Of a stretch of DNA of 11,644 nt, positions 1 through 7,093 are shown in pieces. This DNA is from Hadesarchaea archaeon (GTDB lineage Archaea > Hadarchaeota > Hadarchaeia > Hadarchaeales > Hadarchaeaceae): positions 1 to 11,644 of the forward strand of contig JAUXAS010000024.1 of the NCBI GenBank assembly GCA_030619825.1, in the 5' to 3' direction. Made by a program: the position numbers and the translations under genes. Below the pieces are notes generated by a model. It did not search any database and was not told where the DNA came from. It saw only the letters and a program-made list of their open reading frames with translations. Positions within the stretch are counted from its first letter, which is position 1. Every line of letters begins with the position of its first letter.

Positions 1-403
1 CGTACAACTCATCGAATTGCTCGATGCGGGCGGAAAAAGTTTCACCACTTATCACCGTAACCTAGACGACATAGAGCAAAGCCTTCGGGAGAGAGCGGTA
101 GCGGTTCGGACCCGACGCTCGATGCAGGCGCGCAGAAAATACATCTTGCCGGGCGGTGAGGTTGAGGTCGTCAAGCCGATGCATAACTCCGAGTTCTGCA
201 TGCATTGCACCCGCCTGCGCTTGACTCCCGATGGCCACCTTAAGCCATGCTTGATGCGCAATGACAACCTCGTTGACTTGTTCCCTCACATCGGTGCGGG
301 TGACTTCGAGGGGGCGCGCAAGGCGTTCGCCGAAGCCATCGCGCGGCGGGAGCCGTATTTCAAGGGTGCAGCTCGTGAGATATGCGTTCCTCGTAGCGTA
401 TGA
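1..403 (+). CDS. moaA: GTP 3',8-cyclase MoaA (molybdenum/tungsten cofactor biosynthesis, radical SAM), C-terminal part; 5'-truncated by the window edge
   Basis: The frame is open from position 2 (VQLIELLD...), so TTG at 17 is not the real start. It has the C-terminal Fe-S motif FCMHCTRLRLTPDGHLKPCL and the archaeal MoaA hallmarks QLIEL, R-x-MQ-x-R-x-KY, VEVVKPMHNSEFC and REPYF. Confidence 0.93.
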   Translation, partial: VQLIELLDAGGKSFTTYHRNLDDIEQSLRERAVAVRTRRSMQARRKYILPGGEVEVVKPMHNSEFCMHCTRLRLTPDGHLKPCLMRNDNLVDLFPHIGAGDFEGARKAFAEAIARREPYFKGAAREICVPRSV

Positions 404-1184
404 TGGTTCGCGTTACTTCGGTTTCGTCAGGCAACCTGGCAGGCCGACCGTCGAAACTGAATTATTGAGGGCTTTTGAGTTGCGCGGATTGTACCGCAAT
501 TTAAAGGAAGCTCGATATCGCGTAGCTGCACGTACCGATCGAGGTGTGAGCGCTATTGGTCAGGTTGTGGCTTTGGACGTGCGCAGGGAGCCGAAGGTGC
601 GGGAGCTGAACGCTGCCCTGCCTCGAGACATCGCGGTGCTAGCAGCAGCCAAGGTTAAACCTGATTTCAACCCCCGCTCCCAAGCGCAAAGCAAACACTA
701 CCGTTACGTCTGCGAGGTGCCCCCGGGTTTCGACTTGCCCCTCGCCCGCCGAGCCGCGCGATTGCTCGAGGGCACCCATGACTTTAAGCACCTCTGCAAG
801 CACGAGCAGGGACGGTCGACCATCGGGGAGCTTGGACACGCGAGCGTTCGCGGACAAAAAATCCTTGGCTTCGATTTCATCGCCCGTGCCTTCCTATGGC
901 AGCAAGTGAGGCGTATGGTGGGGGCGCTGCTTGCCGTGGGGACTGGCAAGTTCAGCTTGGACGAGTTCAAACGGATGCTTGGAGGACAGGCGAAGCATGC
1001 GATGCGGCCAGTACTAGCGGCGGGACTGATTTTGGTAAGCATCCGATATCCCTCGGTCGCGCTCGGGCCCGACGCGCGTGCAGTTTCGAAATTCATCAAG
1101 CACATAGAGGATCGTGCGCACCCGGGGTATGAAGCGATGGCGCGCTTACTCCTCAAAAAATTGTTGGCTTCCAATACATCTTAA
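375..1184 (+). CDS. truA: tRNA pseudouridine(38-40) synthase TruA, archaeal type (269 aa from GTG at 375)
   Basis: N-terminus (M)RYAFLVAYDGSRYFGFVRQP..PTVE, catalytic motif ARTDRGVSA, GTHDF and FLWQQVRRMVG. Start moved from 261 to GTG 375 because family similarity begins there and AGGGTG at 363-368 is a plausible RBS. Overlaps moaA by 29 nt. Confidence 0.93.
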   Translation: MRYAFLVAYDGSRYFGFVRQPGRPTVETELLRAFELRGLYRNLKEARYRVAARTDRGVSAIGQVVALDVRREPKVRELNAALPRDIAVLAAAKVKPDFNPRSQAQSKHYRYVCEVPPGFDLPLARRAARLLEGTHDFKHLCKHEQGRSTIGELGHASVRGQKILGFDFIARAFLWQQVRRMVGALLAVGTGKFSLDEFKRMLGGQAKHAMRPVLAAGLILVSIRYPSVALGPDARAVSKFIKHIEDRAHPGYEAMARLLLKKLLASNTS

Positions 1185-4100
1185 GAGAGAACCGCATCGA
1201 TTCGTTCCACTCGGCCTTCACGTACATCCCGCGCTAGGGAAGTCCTGAGGGTATCTCCGGACACAGTTTTCTTTTTCCCGTCATTGTACTTCAGACGGTA
1301 AGAGATGACTTTCGCTCCACCTTTGCCGAATGTGTTTTTTCGCTTTTGGTTGTGGTAGATTACAAGAGTTTTGCCGATAAATTTGAATGCAAAGGTGTTT
1401 TTTGGGATTACTACTTCCCTTAATCTTCCTCCCCCGTCATAATAACGGCAGGTCCTTTTTTTCCGGGTAAAAAGGCAGTTAGGAAGAATGGGTTGAAGTT
1501 TCATCGCGAGTTTTCCTTTTTCATCCAAGAAGAACGGGGTTTCACCCGCCCCCATAATGGTCCAGATATGGAGCATCTCACAGGTAACGCCGCTCAGGCG
1601 GGGCTGGAACAGCCGCCCGTGGAGTTTCTTGTCCGGAAAGGCGCTGCTGACGACGAAGGATCCTCCTTCCAGAATGCTTCTCCCGTATATTTCCGGATTT
1701 AGGAACGGGATTAGGGCAGTTTTGGTGTCCCGGTAGAATTCCCGGTAAAGACCGCTCCGCAACATCTCCAGGAACCATTTATACTCCATGTGAAGGTAGA
1801 TGGACTCGTTCTCGAGCCATCCCCGAGCGTAAGCACGAATCCTCCCGATCTCAAATGGTTCTTTTTTCAGCGATTCACAACATTTGTACATTTTGAGTTT
1901 CCGATCGTAGAGCTGGCTTCTTTTGACATTGTTGTAAATTTGCTTGTTCCATTTCTTGTGAGCCCTCAACAGATGAACCGGGCCTTCTAGGAAGAGGGCC
2001 ACGGGTTTCTGGAGAAACTTTTTTGCCTTGATCAGAGGATATCCGGAGCGGCTGAGCATGGGTATCTTTTTTTTTCGGTCTTTCCAAATCGGCTCGTATT
2101 CTTTGACCTCGTTGATGAAATAGGTGTAACAAGCGCCGTTTTTATGGAAGACCTTGTTCTTGTTTTCAGGTTTAAAGATCTCGTTGAGGAGCCCTAGACA
2201 CGTGTCTAGGAAAAGTTTCACTTCAGCGACGGTCATTTTCCGTTCCCGGCCACTGATTCCCATTTTTGTCTTTTCCCGGTAACGCTCTTTCAGCCTGTTG
2301 CTCTCCTCCCAGTAGGCCAGGGTCCTTTCTCTGCCTTTGGAGTTTAACCTCCTCTCCATTACCCGGATTAAACCAGCCATGAACTCATACAATTCTTCGT
2401 AGAGAAGGATTGAAGCGTTGTTTTCCAGCCTGAGTTTATCCAAGCTTTCTCGGAGAAACCGGCAGAGCCTCCCCAATTCTATAGTTTCGCAGAGAGATGA
2501 CCCCAGAAGCCCAGGCAGCCCGTTTACGGAATCACACCAACCCGGTTTATCTGCCTCCATCTCTATCCCAATTCCTTGCGGGTCTAGCGTGGCAATCCTG
2601 TTAGCTGCAATGGAGAGAAGCTTCACCACGAGATTTGTTTGGTAAATGTGGCCGCTGCCTTGTTTGGTCCGCACTCGGGTCGGATATTCCCGGCGGCTCT
2701 TGATTATCTGAAGTTTTTCGGGGTCGCGAAACACTGCATTATATTGTCGGGCCCGCCCATTCACTAGGACATACTTTTTGTCCCGAGGCAGGACGATGTC
2801 AGGGTTATCATAAAATGTGTAGATCTTGCGGTCGATTAAAATCTCTTCAAGCCTCTCTGGATGTATCGCTAGAAAATTGTCGATTAGGTCGAGGTTGTAG
2901 GTCCAGTGATCCACCCAGAACCCTTCGTTCAAATCACCTACATCGTTTTGTCGGCAGAAAAGCAAAAGTTCCCCCAAGATTCTTTCATATTCCTGTGGAT
3001 CCCGGGCCTTGCCCTCCTCCAATTTCATGATGAACTCGCCGGGAGTAAAAGGGCGGCTGACTATTTCCAAGAGCTCGCGGATTAGCCTTTTGTCTTTGAC
3101 AACACTCCCCAGCCATTTTTTGAGCCTCCTGATATCCTCGGCGGTATAAGTTAGCCTCGTGACCAGTTGGGGGTTATAGCCGTCGGTTTGGAGCAGGTTG
3201 AGGAAGGTGACTAGGTTAAAGTCCTCCACTTCTGGGAAAAACCAGACATCGGTTCGGCGGTTCTGGAGGGGGTCGCGGTAAAGGCTATTTCCTTGGGAGA
3301 GATATGTGGGCTCCAGAATAAAGTAGTGGTAATCCCTCTCTAAGTCTCCGTGCGCTCGGGAGTAGAGGTAAAAAACACTTTTTCCCCTAGCCGCACTGAA
3401 CACCAGGGGCATACCACCCCTTAGCACGTTGTCGAGGAATGTCTGCTGGCAGTACTGGTCGAACTCCGGGGAGCTTGAGACCGTGAAGACATGGTTTTTT
3501 ATCCTCTTGATGATTTCCATGTTCTCCTCACGTTTGTGGTGGAGGAAATCTCTTGTCCCGAGGGATCTTAAAAGGGCGCGCAATTTTTTCTTATCGGGAG
3601 CATTGCCGATCAGCGAGTACAGGGTAATTTCCTCGCCTGCAGGCAAGTTCAGGGAGATGGCAGTGAAAGCGCAGGGAGTTTTGTTTTCCCGAATCTGTTT
3701 CATCGCCAGAAGCTCTTGGACGGAGTTCTTTTCAAACACCCAAGGATGACCGTAGGTCTCCGATTCACCGAAGACGATGCACGGATCAACGATGAAATGG
3801 CCCTTCAAGATTTTGCTTTCCTCACCAAGAAGGGTTAGATAAAAATTGTTCCCGGAGATCTTTCCAATTTGGGAGATGTCATCTGGCGTCTGTTTCAGGC
3901 GGAAAAGAGGGATGCCGTTTAGTTGCTCCACGCTCATCATAGCTTCGATGTGCCGAGCAATAAATTTGACATGGTTCTGGTTCAGGCCATAAGGCAAGAT
4001 CCGTGGGAGGCCATCGATCAACTCTAGTTTGATAGGGTGGGCTTTGAGGTTCTTTATCCTCAATTCCCTCACGAGGGCTGCCACCGGCTGGCTGACTAGG

Positions 4101-4507
4101 GGGAAATAGAGCACATTTGTTTCTATCCCGAGTTCGGGGTTGAGATCGCTGATTTCCAGTTCTTCGGAGGAGACGATCATTTTCTGTTTGATTTCTTTCT
4201 CCTTGTTTCTTTGGAAGGGTTCATAGAGCGCGTGGCCGTCGATTTTTATGAAGGTTCGGAAACCCTGCTGGCCAACGAGCTGGAGAGCCTTGTTGAAAGA
4301 GTAGAATTCAAGAATCGCATGATCTTTATCCCTCACACCCATGCTACAAATGCCCTGCCCCCTGCTGACGTAGTAGACCCACATCGGAATTCCCCATTTC
4401 CCTCCAATCCCGGGGAAAAAATTGGAGAACGCTTTAGCCCAGTTGTAGTTTTCCACGACAAAGCGGTGCCGTGGATCGAGATAATACCTGACTGGTTGTT
4501 GGTTCAT
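1181..4507 (-). CDS. GH161-like glycoside phosphorylase (beta-1,3-glucan phosphorylase family, often auto-annotated 'cellobiose phosphorylase'), 1108 aa, no signal peptide
   Basis: Blocks recognised from GH161: FSNFFPGIGGKWGIPMWVYYVSRGQG, GFRTFIK, TFLDNVLRGG, YSRAHGDLERDY, SQGN..YRD..QNRR, DGYNP, EGFWVDHWTYNLDL, GIEMEADKPGWCDSVNGLPGLLGSS (putative catalytic Asp659), GWLENESIYLHMEYK and RLSG.T.E. The length fits GH161/GH149, and the N-terminus fits GH161 better. Confidence 0.8.
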   Translation of the reverse strand: MNQQPVRYYLDPRHRFVVENYNWAKAFSNFFPGIGGKWGIPMWVYYVSRGQGICSMGVRDKDHAILEFYSFNKALQLVGQQGFRTFIKIDGHALYEPFQRNKEKEIKQKMIVSSEELEISDLNPELGIETNVLYFPLVSQPVAALVRELRIKNLKAHPIKLELIDGLPRILPYGLNQNHVKFIARHIEAMMSVEQLNGIPLFRLKQTPDDISQIGKISGNNFYLTLLGEESKILKGHFIVDPCIVFGESETYGHPWVFEKNSVQELLAMKQIRENKTPCAFTAISLNLPAGEEITLYSLIGNAPDKKKLRALLRSLGTRDFLHHKREENMEIIKRIKNHVFTVSSSPEFDQYCQQTFLDNVLRGGMPLVFSAARGKSVFYLYSRAHGDLERDYHYFILEPTYLSQGNSLYRDPLQNRRTDVWFFPEVEDFNLVTFLNLLQTDGYNPQLVTRLTYTAEDIRRLKKWLGSVVKDKRLIRELLEIVSRPFTPGEFIMKLEEGKARDPQEYERILGELLLFCRQNDVGDLNEGFWVDHWTYNLDLIDNFLAIHPERLEEILIDRKIYTFYDNPDIVLPRDKKYVLVNGRARQYNAVFRDPEKLQIIKSRREYPTRVRTKQGSGHIYQTNLVVKLLSIAANRIATLDPQGIGIEMEADKPGWCDSVNGLPGLLGSSLCETIELGRLCRFLRESLDKLRLENNASILLYEELYEFMAGLIRVMERRLNSKGRERTLAYWEESNRLKERYREKTKMGISGRERKMTVAEVKLFLDTCLGLLNEIFKPENKNKVFHKNGACYTYFINEVKEYEPIWKDRKKKIPMLSRSGYPLIKAKKFLQKPVALFLEGPVHLLRAHKKWNKQIYNNVKRSQLYDRKLKMYKCCESLKKEPFEIGRIRAYARGWLENESIYLHMEYKWFLEMLRSGLYREFYRDTKTALIPFLNPEIYGRSILEGGSFVVSSAFPDKKLHGRLFQPRLSGVTCEMLHIWTIMGAGETPFFLDEKGKLAMKLQPILPNCLFTRKKRTCRYYDGGGRLREVVIPKNTFAFKFIGKTLVIYHNQKRKNTFGKGGAKVISYRLKYNDGKKKTVSGDTLRTSLARDVREGRVERIDAVLS
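2193..2210. repeat. Perfect 18-bp palindrome CCTAGACACGTGTCTAGG inside the phosphorylase gene
   Basis: CCTAGACAC is followed immediately by its reverse complement GTGTCTAGG. Confidence 0.8.
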
Positions 4508-4549
4508 GTTATCCCTATTATCAGAGTCACAATAACCTGAAAAATATTG

Positions 4550-5686
4550 TTATTTAGATGCTTGCTTTTCCCAAAGTAACAGCCCCTCCTGCGTGACCCC
4601 AACTTTCTTCCTCGCTGGCGTCGTACAAAAACGCCGGTTCACCACCAGCATGCGCTTCGCCTTGAAGCCAGTTTTTTCCGCCAGCTCGCTCAAAGGAACG
4701 CACACCTCGACCACACCCTCAGGGGAGCAGGCATCGGATGTAACAAGGGCAATCCGAGCTCCGGGCTTGCAAACTCGGTAAAGCTCGCGGATCGCTGCGA
4801 ACATGTCCTTAAAATAAAGTTTCGCTTCGAGCGGTTTTCCCTCGACGAACTCCTCGACCTCAGAAAAATCCTCTAGCGCGCCCTCCTCCCGCACGCCGAT
4901 GAGTTGTTGTGGAGTTGGGGCACCTAGGTCCAGCAACTGCTGCTCGATGCGGTAGGCGTGAGTGTACTCCAGCTTCCCGAGGTATGGTGGTGAGGTGATG
5001 ACGGCATCTACACTTTCATCCTCCAGCTTGAGCTTTCGCGCGTCACAGCGCTCGATCGTCGCTTTAGAACCTTTTCTCTCAAATCGCTCAACATCGTTGC
5101 ACATCCTGAGGAGCTGCCTCCTGAGCGCTTTCCGAAGGGGTGGCGTCGGCTTTTTAACAACTCTTATCGCTGCACCATCCTTATGTGCCCAGCTGCATCG
5201 CATCGCCGCGTTCATCAACCCGAGGAACAGGAATTCGCGAACCCCCTCGTCTTCGACATCCAAAATTTTTCGCTTGAAGAAGATGATATCCTCGAGCACC
5301 GGCTTCGGGAAAACGCGCGTGACGAAACCCGGCACTTCAACCTCTGGTTTCTCGAACTTCGATTTTATCAGTCCCCGAACCGTTGCCCTGAGTTCTTCAA
5401 CGTTGTACTCTCGGAGCTTCGCGCGCGAGGCGAACAACATGATTGGGTGCACGTCGTAACCAATGCTGTCTATCCCAAGTTGTTTGCACGCGAGCGACGT
5501 CGTACCGCAGCCGACGAATGGGTCTAGGACAAGATCACCTTCGCCAAGTCCCCAAGTTTCGGCAAGCAGGAACACAAGGTCCCGCGAAAATCCCTCCTTG
5601 AAATGGAACCAATTGTAAACTGGGAGCCTTTTGTTCAGGAGAAAAGTCGCGAGCCTACCGAGCCGAAGCTTTTCAACTATCTTCAC
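4550..5686 (-). CDS. Orphan amino-DNA methyltransferase, probably N4-cytosine, alpha-type motif order (378 aa)
   Basis: SAM-binding motif I LVLDPFVGCGTT near the N-terminus, preceded by YNWFHFKEGFSRDLV. Catalytic motif IV VITSPPY lies in the C-terminal half, followed by ELYRVCKPGARIALV. GTG start with a GGAGG RBS (5694-5698) 7 nt upstream. No restriction endonuclease adjacent. Confidence 0.85.
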   Translation of the reverse strand: MKIVEKLRLGRLATFLLNKRLPVYNWFHFKEGFSRDLVFLLAETWGLGEGDLVLDPFVGCGTTSLACKQLGIDSIGYDVHPIMLFASRAKLREYNVEELRATVRGLIKSKFEKPEVEVPGFVTRVFPKPVLEDIIFFKRKILDVEDEGVREFLFLGLMNAAMRCSWAHKDGAAIRVVKKPTPPLRKALRRQLLRMCNDVERFERKGSKATIERCDARKLKLEDESVDAVITSPPYLGKLEYTHAYRIEQQLLDLGAPTPQQLIGVREEGALEDFSEVEEFVEGKPLEAKLYFKDMFAAIRELYRVCKPGARIALVTSDACSPEGVVEVCVPLSELAEKTGFKAKRMLVVNRRFCTTPARKKVGVTQEGLLLWEKQASK

Positions 5687-5693
5687 GGATGAT

Positions 5694-5698
5694 CCTCC
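5694..5698 (-). promoter_or_regulatory. Ribosome-binding site GGAGG for the methyltransferase
   Basis: The minus strand reads TAA cggaccag GGAGG atcatcc GTG in the 20-nt gap between the rfcL stop and the MTase start. Confidence 0.7.
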
Positions 5699-5706
5699 CT
5701 GGTCCG

Positions 5707-6936
5707 TTAAATCAATTTCAGGTATTTCTCTTCCTCGTCGCTCAGTTCGAGTTCGGCTGCTATCCGGGCAGCCGCCTCCTTGTCGTTGTTGAAAATTAAG
5801 CCCAAGTATGGCAGGAAGTGTTTCCGCGCCACTCTAGAGGAGGTGTGACAGCGGGCGGCAACTTTCTTCGCCACGCCATCGCGCAGGCCCCGCGTCGCTC
5901 GCGTCCTGCCGAAGTAAACCCCGGAGCTCGGCGGCTGGAAGCGGACGAATTTGAGGGGGCCTTCTCGGGAGAGTGCTACCCCGGCGCTCATTAGATCACT
6001 CGCGTACCTCCACATCCCGTAGGCTTGCCTCCTCCGGGCGCGACCCAAGAAGGTATCCGCCCGCGAGATGGCGTCGTAGACCCGGGCTCGGTCGGCGGGT
6101 TCGGTCAGCATCCGGGGGATATTCTCGTTTATCCACGCAAGTGCATCGTCGGGCGCTTGGTCGAGTGCCCAGAGCAGCTCTCGGGCTTCCTTGACCTTCT
6201 TGGCATACATGAGCTGCCTCAGCACATCGAATATGCTCGCCTCCCGGTCCCGCCGGTAGAGCACGACATCCTTGACGGTCAGGCGCTTCCTGCCCATCGC
6301 CATGGTTTGAAGGTCGTTGATCGCCGAGCGCAGGTCACCCCGTGCACCCTCGGCTATAGATTTCAGCGCCTGCGGCTCAGCCTCAACCCCCTCCGCGCGG
6401 CATATCCGCTCTAGTGTGCTTGCGATTGTATCCGGGGTCAGACGCCTGAAGTTTATCGCCAGGCAAGCCCCCCGTATCTCTCGCGGCATCGCGTATTGGT
6501 TGTTGGCGATTAGCACAATTGGGTTCCGGGTTTCCTCGAGCAGCTGGGCTATCGCGCGATACCCCCCTCGATCGGCGACCCCGTAGACGTTGTCGGCTTC
6601 GTCGAGCACAATCAACCGCTTGCCTCCGGTCCCCGCGAAGAGTGTCCCCGTCGTCGCGGCCGTGCCGGCGACCTGTTGGATCACCTTAAAAGTGCGTTTG
6701 TCGCTTGCGTTGAGCGCGATCAGGTCCCACCCGAACTCTTGGGCCAAAGCACCGGCGGCAATGGTTTTCCCCGTCCCTGCTGCCCCGTAGAGCAGGAGAG
6801 CTGGGCTCTTCGCTTTGCCCTTCTCCCAACTTTCCGCCCAATCGAGCATTACCCGGAGGGCTTGGGATTGCCCAACTACTTCTGTGAGTTTGCTGGGTTG
6901 GTACTTATCGGCCCAAGACTTGGACATAGAGGACAC
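5707..6936 (-). CDS. rfcL: Replication factor C large subunit (clamp loader); start is GTG 6936 or ATG 6927
   Basis: SWADKYQP..L.EVVGQ, Walker A GAAGTGKT, LNASDKR, Walker B LIVLDEAD, GDLRSAINDLQ, and the RFC-L-specific C-terminal region (WINENIP, ADTFLGRARRRQAYGMWRYA, HTSSR). Confidence 0.93.
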   Translation of the reverse strand: MSSMSKSWADKYQPSKLTEVVGQSQALRVMLDWAESWEKGKAKSPALLLYGAAGTGKTIAAGALAQEFGWDLIALNASDKRTFKVIQQVAGTAATTGTLFAGTGGKRLIVLDEADNVYGVADRGGYRAIAQLLEETRNPIVLIANNQYAMPREIRGACLAINFRRLTPDTIASTLERICRAEGVEAEPQALKSIAEGARGDLRSAINDLQTMAMGRKRLTVKDVVLYRRDREASIFDVLRQLMYAKKVKEARELLWALDQAPDDALAWINENIPRMLTEPADRARVYDAISRADTFLGRARRRQAYGMWRYASDLMSAGVALSREGPLKFVRFQPPSSGVYFGRTRATRGLRDGVAKKVAARCHTSSRVARKHFLPYLGLIFNNDKEAAARIAAELELSDEEEKYLKLI

Positions 6937-6958
6937 TAAACACCATTTGTTTCGGTTT

Positions 6959-6972
6959 GATTAAAACGATTT
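6959..6972 (-). promoter_or_regulatory. Putative BRE/TATA promoter for the rfcL-MTase operon
   Basis: The minus strand reads AAATCG-TTTTAATC, with the TATA-like box about 25 nt upstream of GTG 6936. This implies a leaderless or very short-leader transcript. Confidence 0.55.
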
Positions 6973-7045
6973 GGAGCGCGAAACCCCCACAGAACGCTTT
7001 CATTTCTTTTCACGAAAACCAACTTTGATCAACCTCTATTTACAC

Positions 7046-7060
7046 TGAAAGTTTTTTATC
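7046..7060 (+). promoter_or_regulatory. Putative BRE/TATA promoter for the sORF-mre11-rad50 operon
   Basis: TGAAAG-TTTTTTATC: a purine-rich BRE followed by a T-rich TATA-like box. The predicted start site is about 7080-7085. Confidence 0.55.
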
Positions 7061-7093
7061 TTTGTTCCTTCAAATCGAGCGTGAAGTGGTAAG

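Noticed and set aside
261..374. ORF-track N-terminal extension of truA
   Set aside because: It lies within moaA in another frame and is S/R-rich with no TruA similarity. GTG 375 has an RBS and matches the family N-terminus.
4508..4549. Possible TrmB-type sugar-regulator operator (TATCAC-N5-GTGATA) upstream of the phosphorylase
   Set aside because: Only one imperfect half-site (TATCAG) is present, and the symmetry is limited to TTAT...ATAA.
4550..5686. The MTase as part of a restriction-modification or BREX/DISARM system, or as a Trm11-type tRNA methylase
   Set aside because: No nuclease, helicase or other defence genes are adjacent, and there is no THUMP domain. The motifs fit a DNA amino-methyltransferase.
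6971..6995. GAAACCCCCAC as a possible ORB element of a replication origin next to rfcL
   Set aside because: It does not fit the TCCA-N3-GAAAC...GGGG layout, occurs once, and has no cdc6/orc1 gene nearby.
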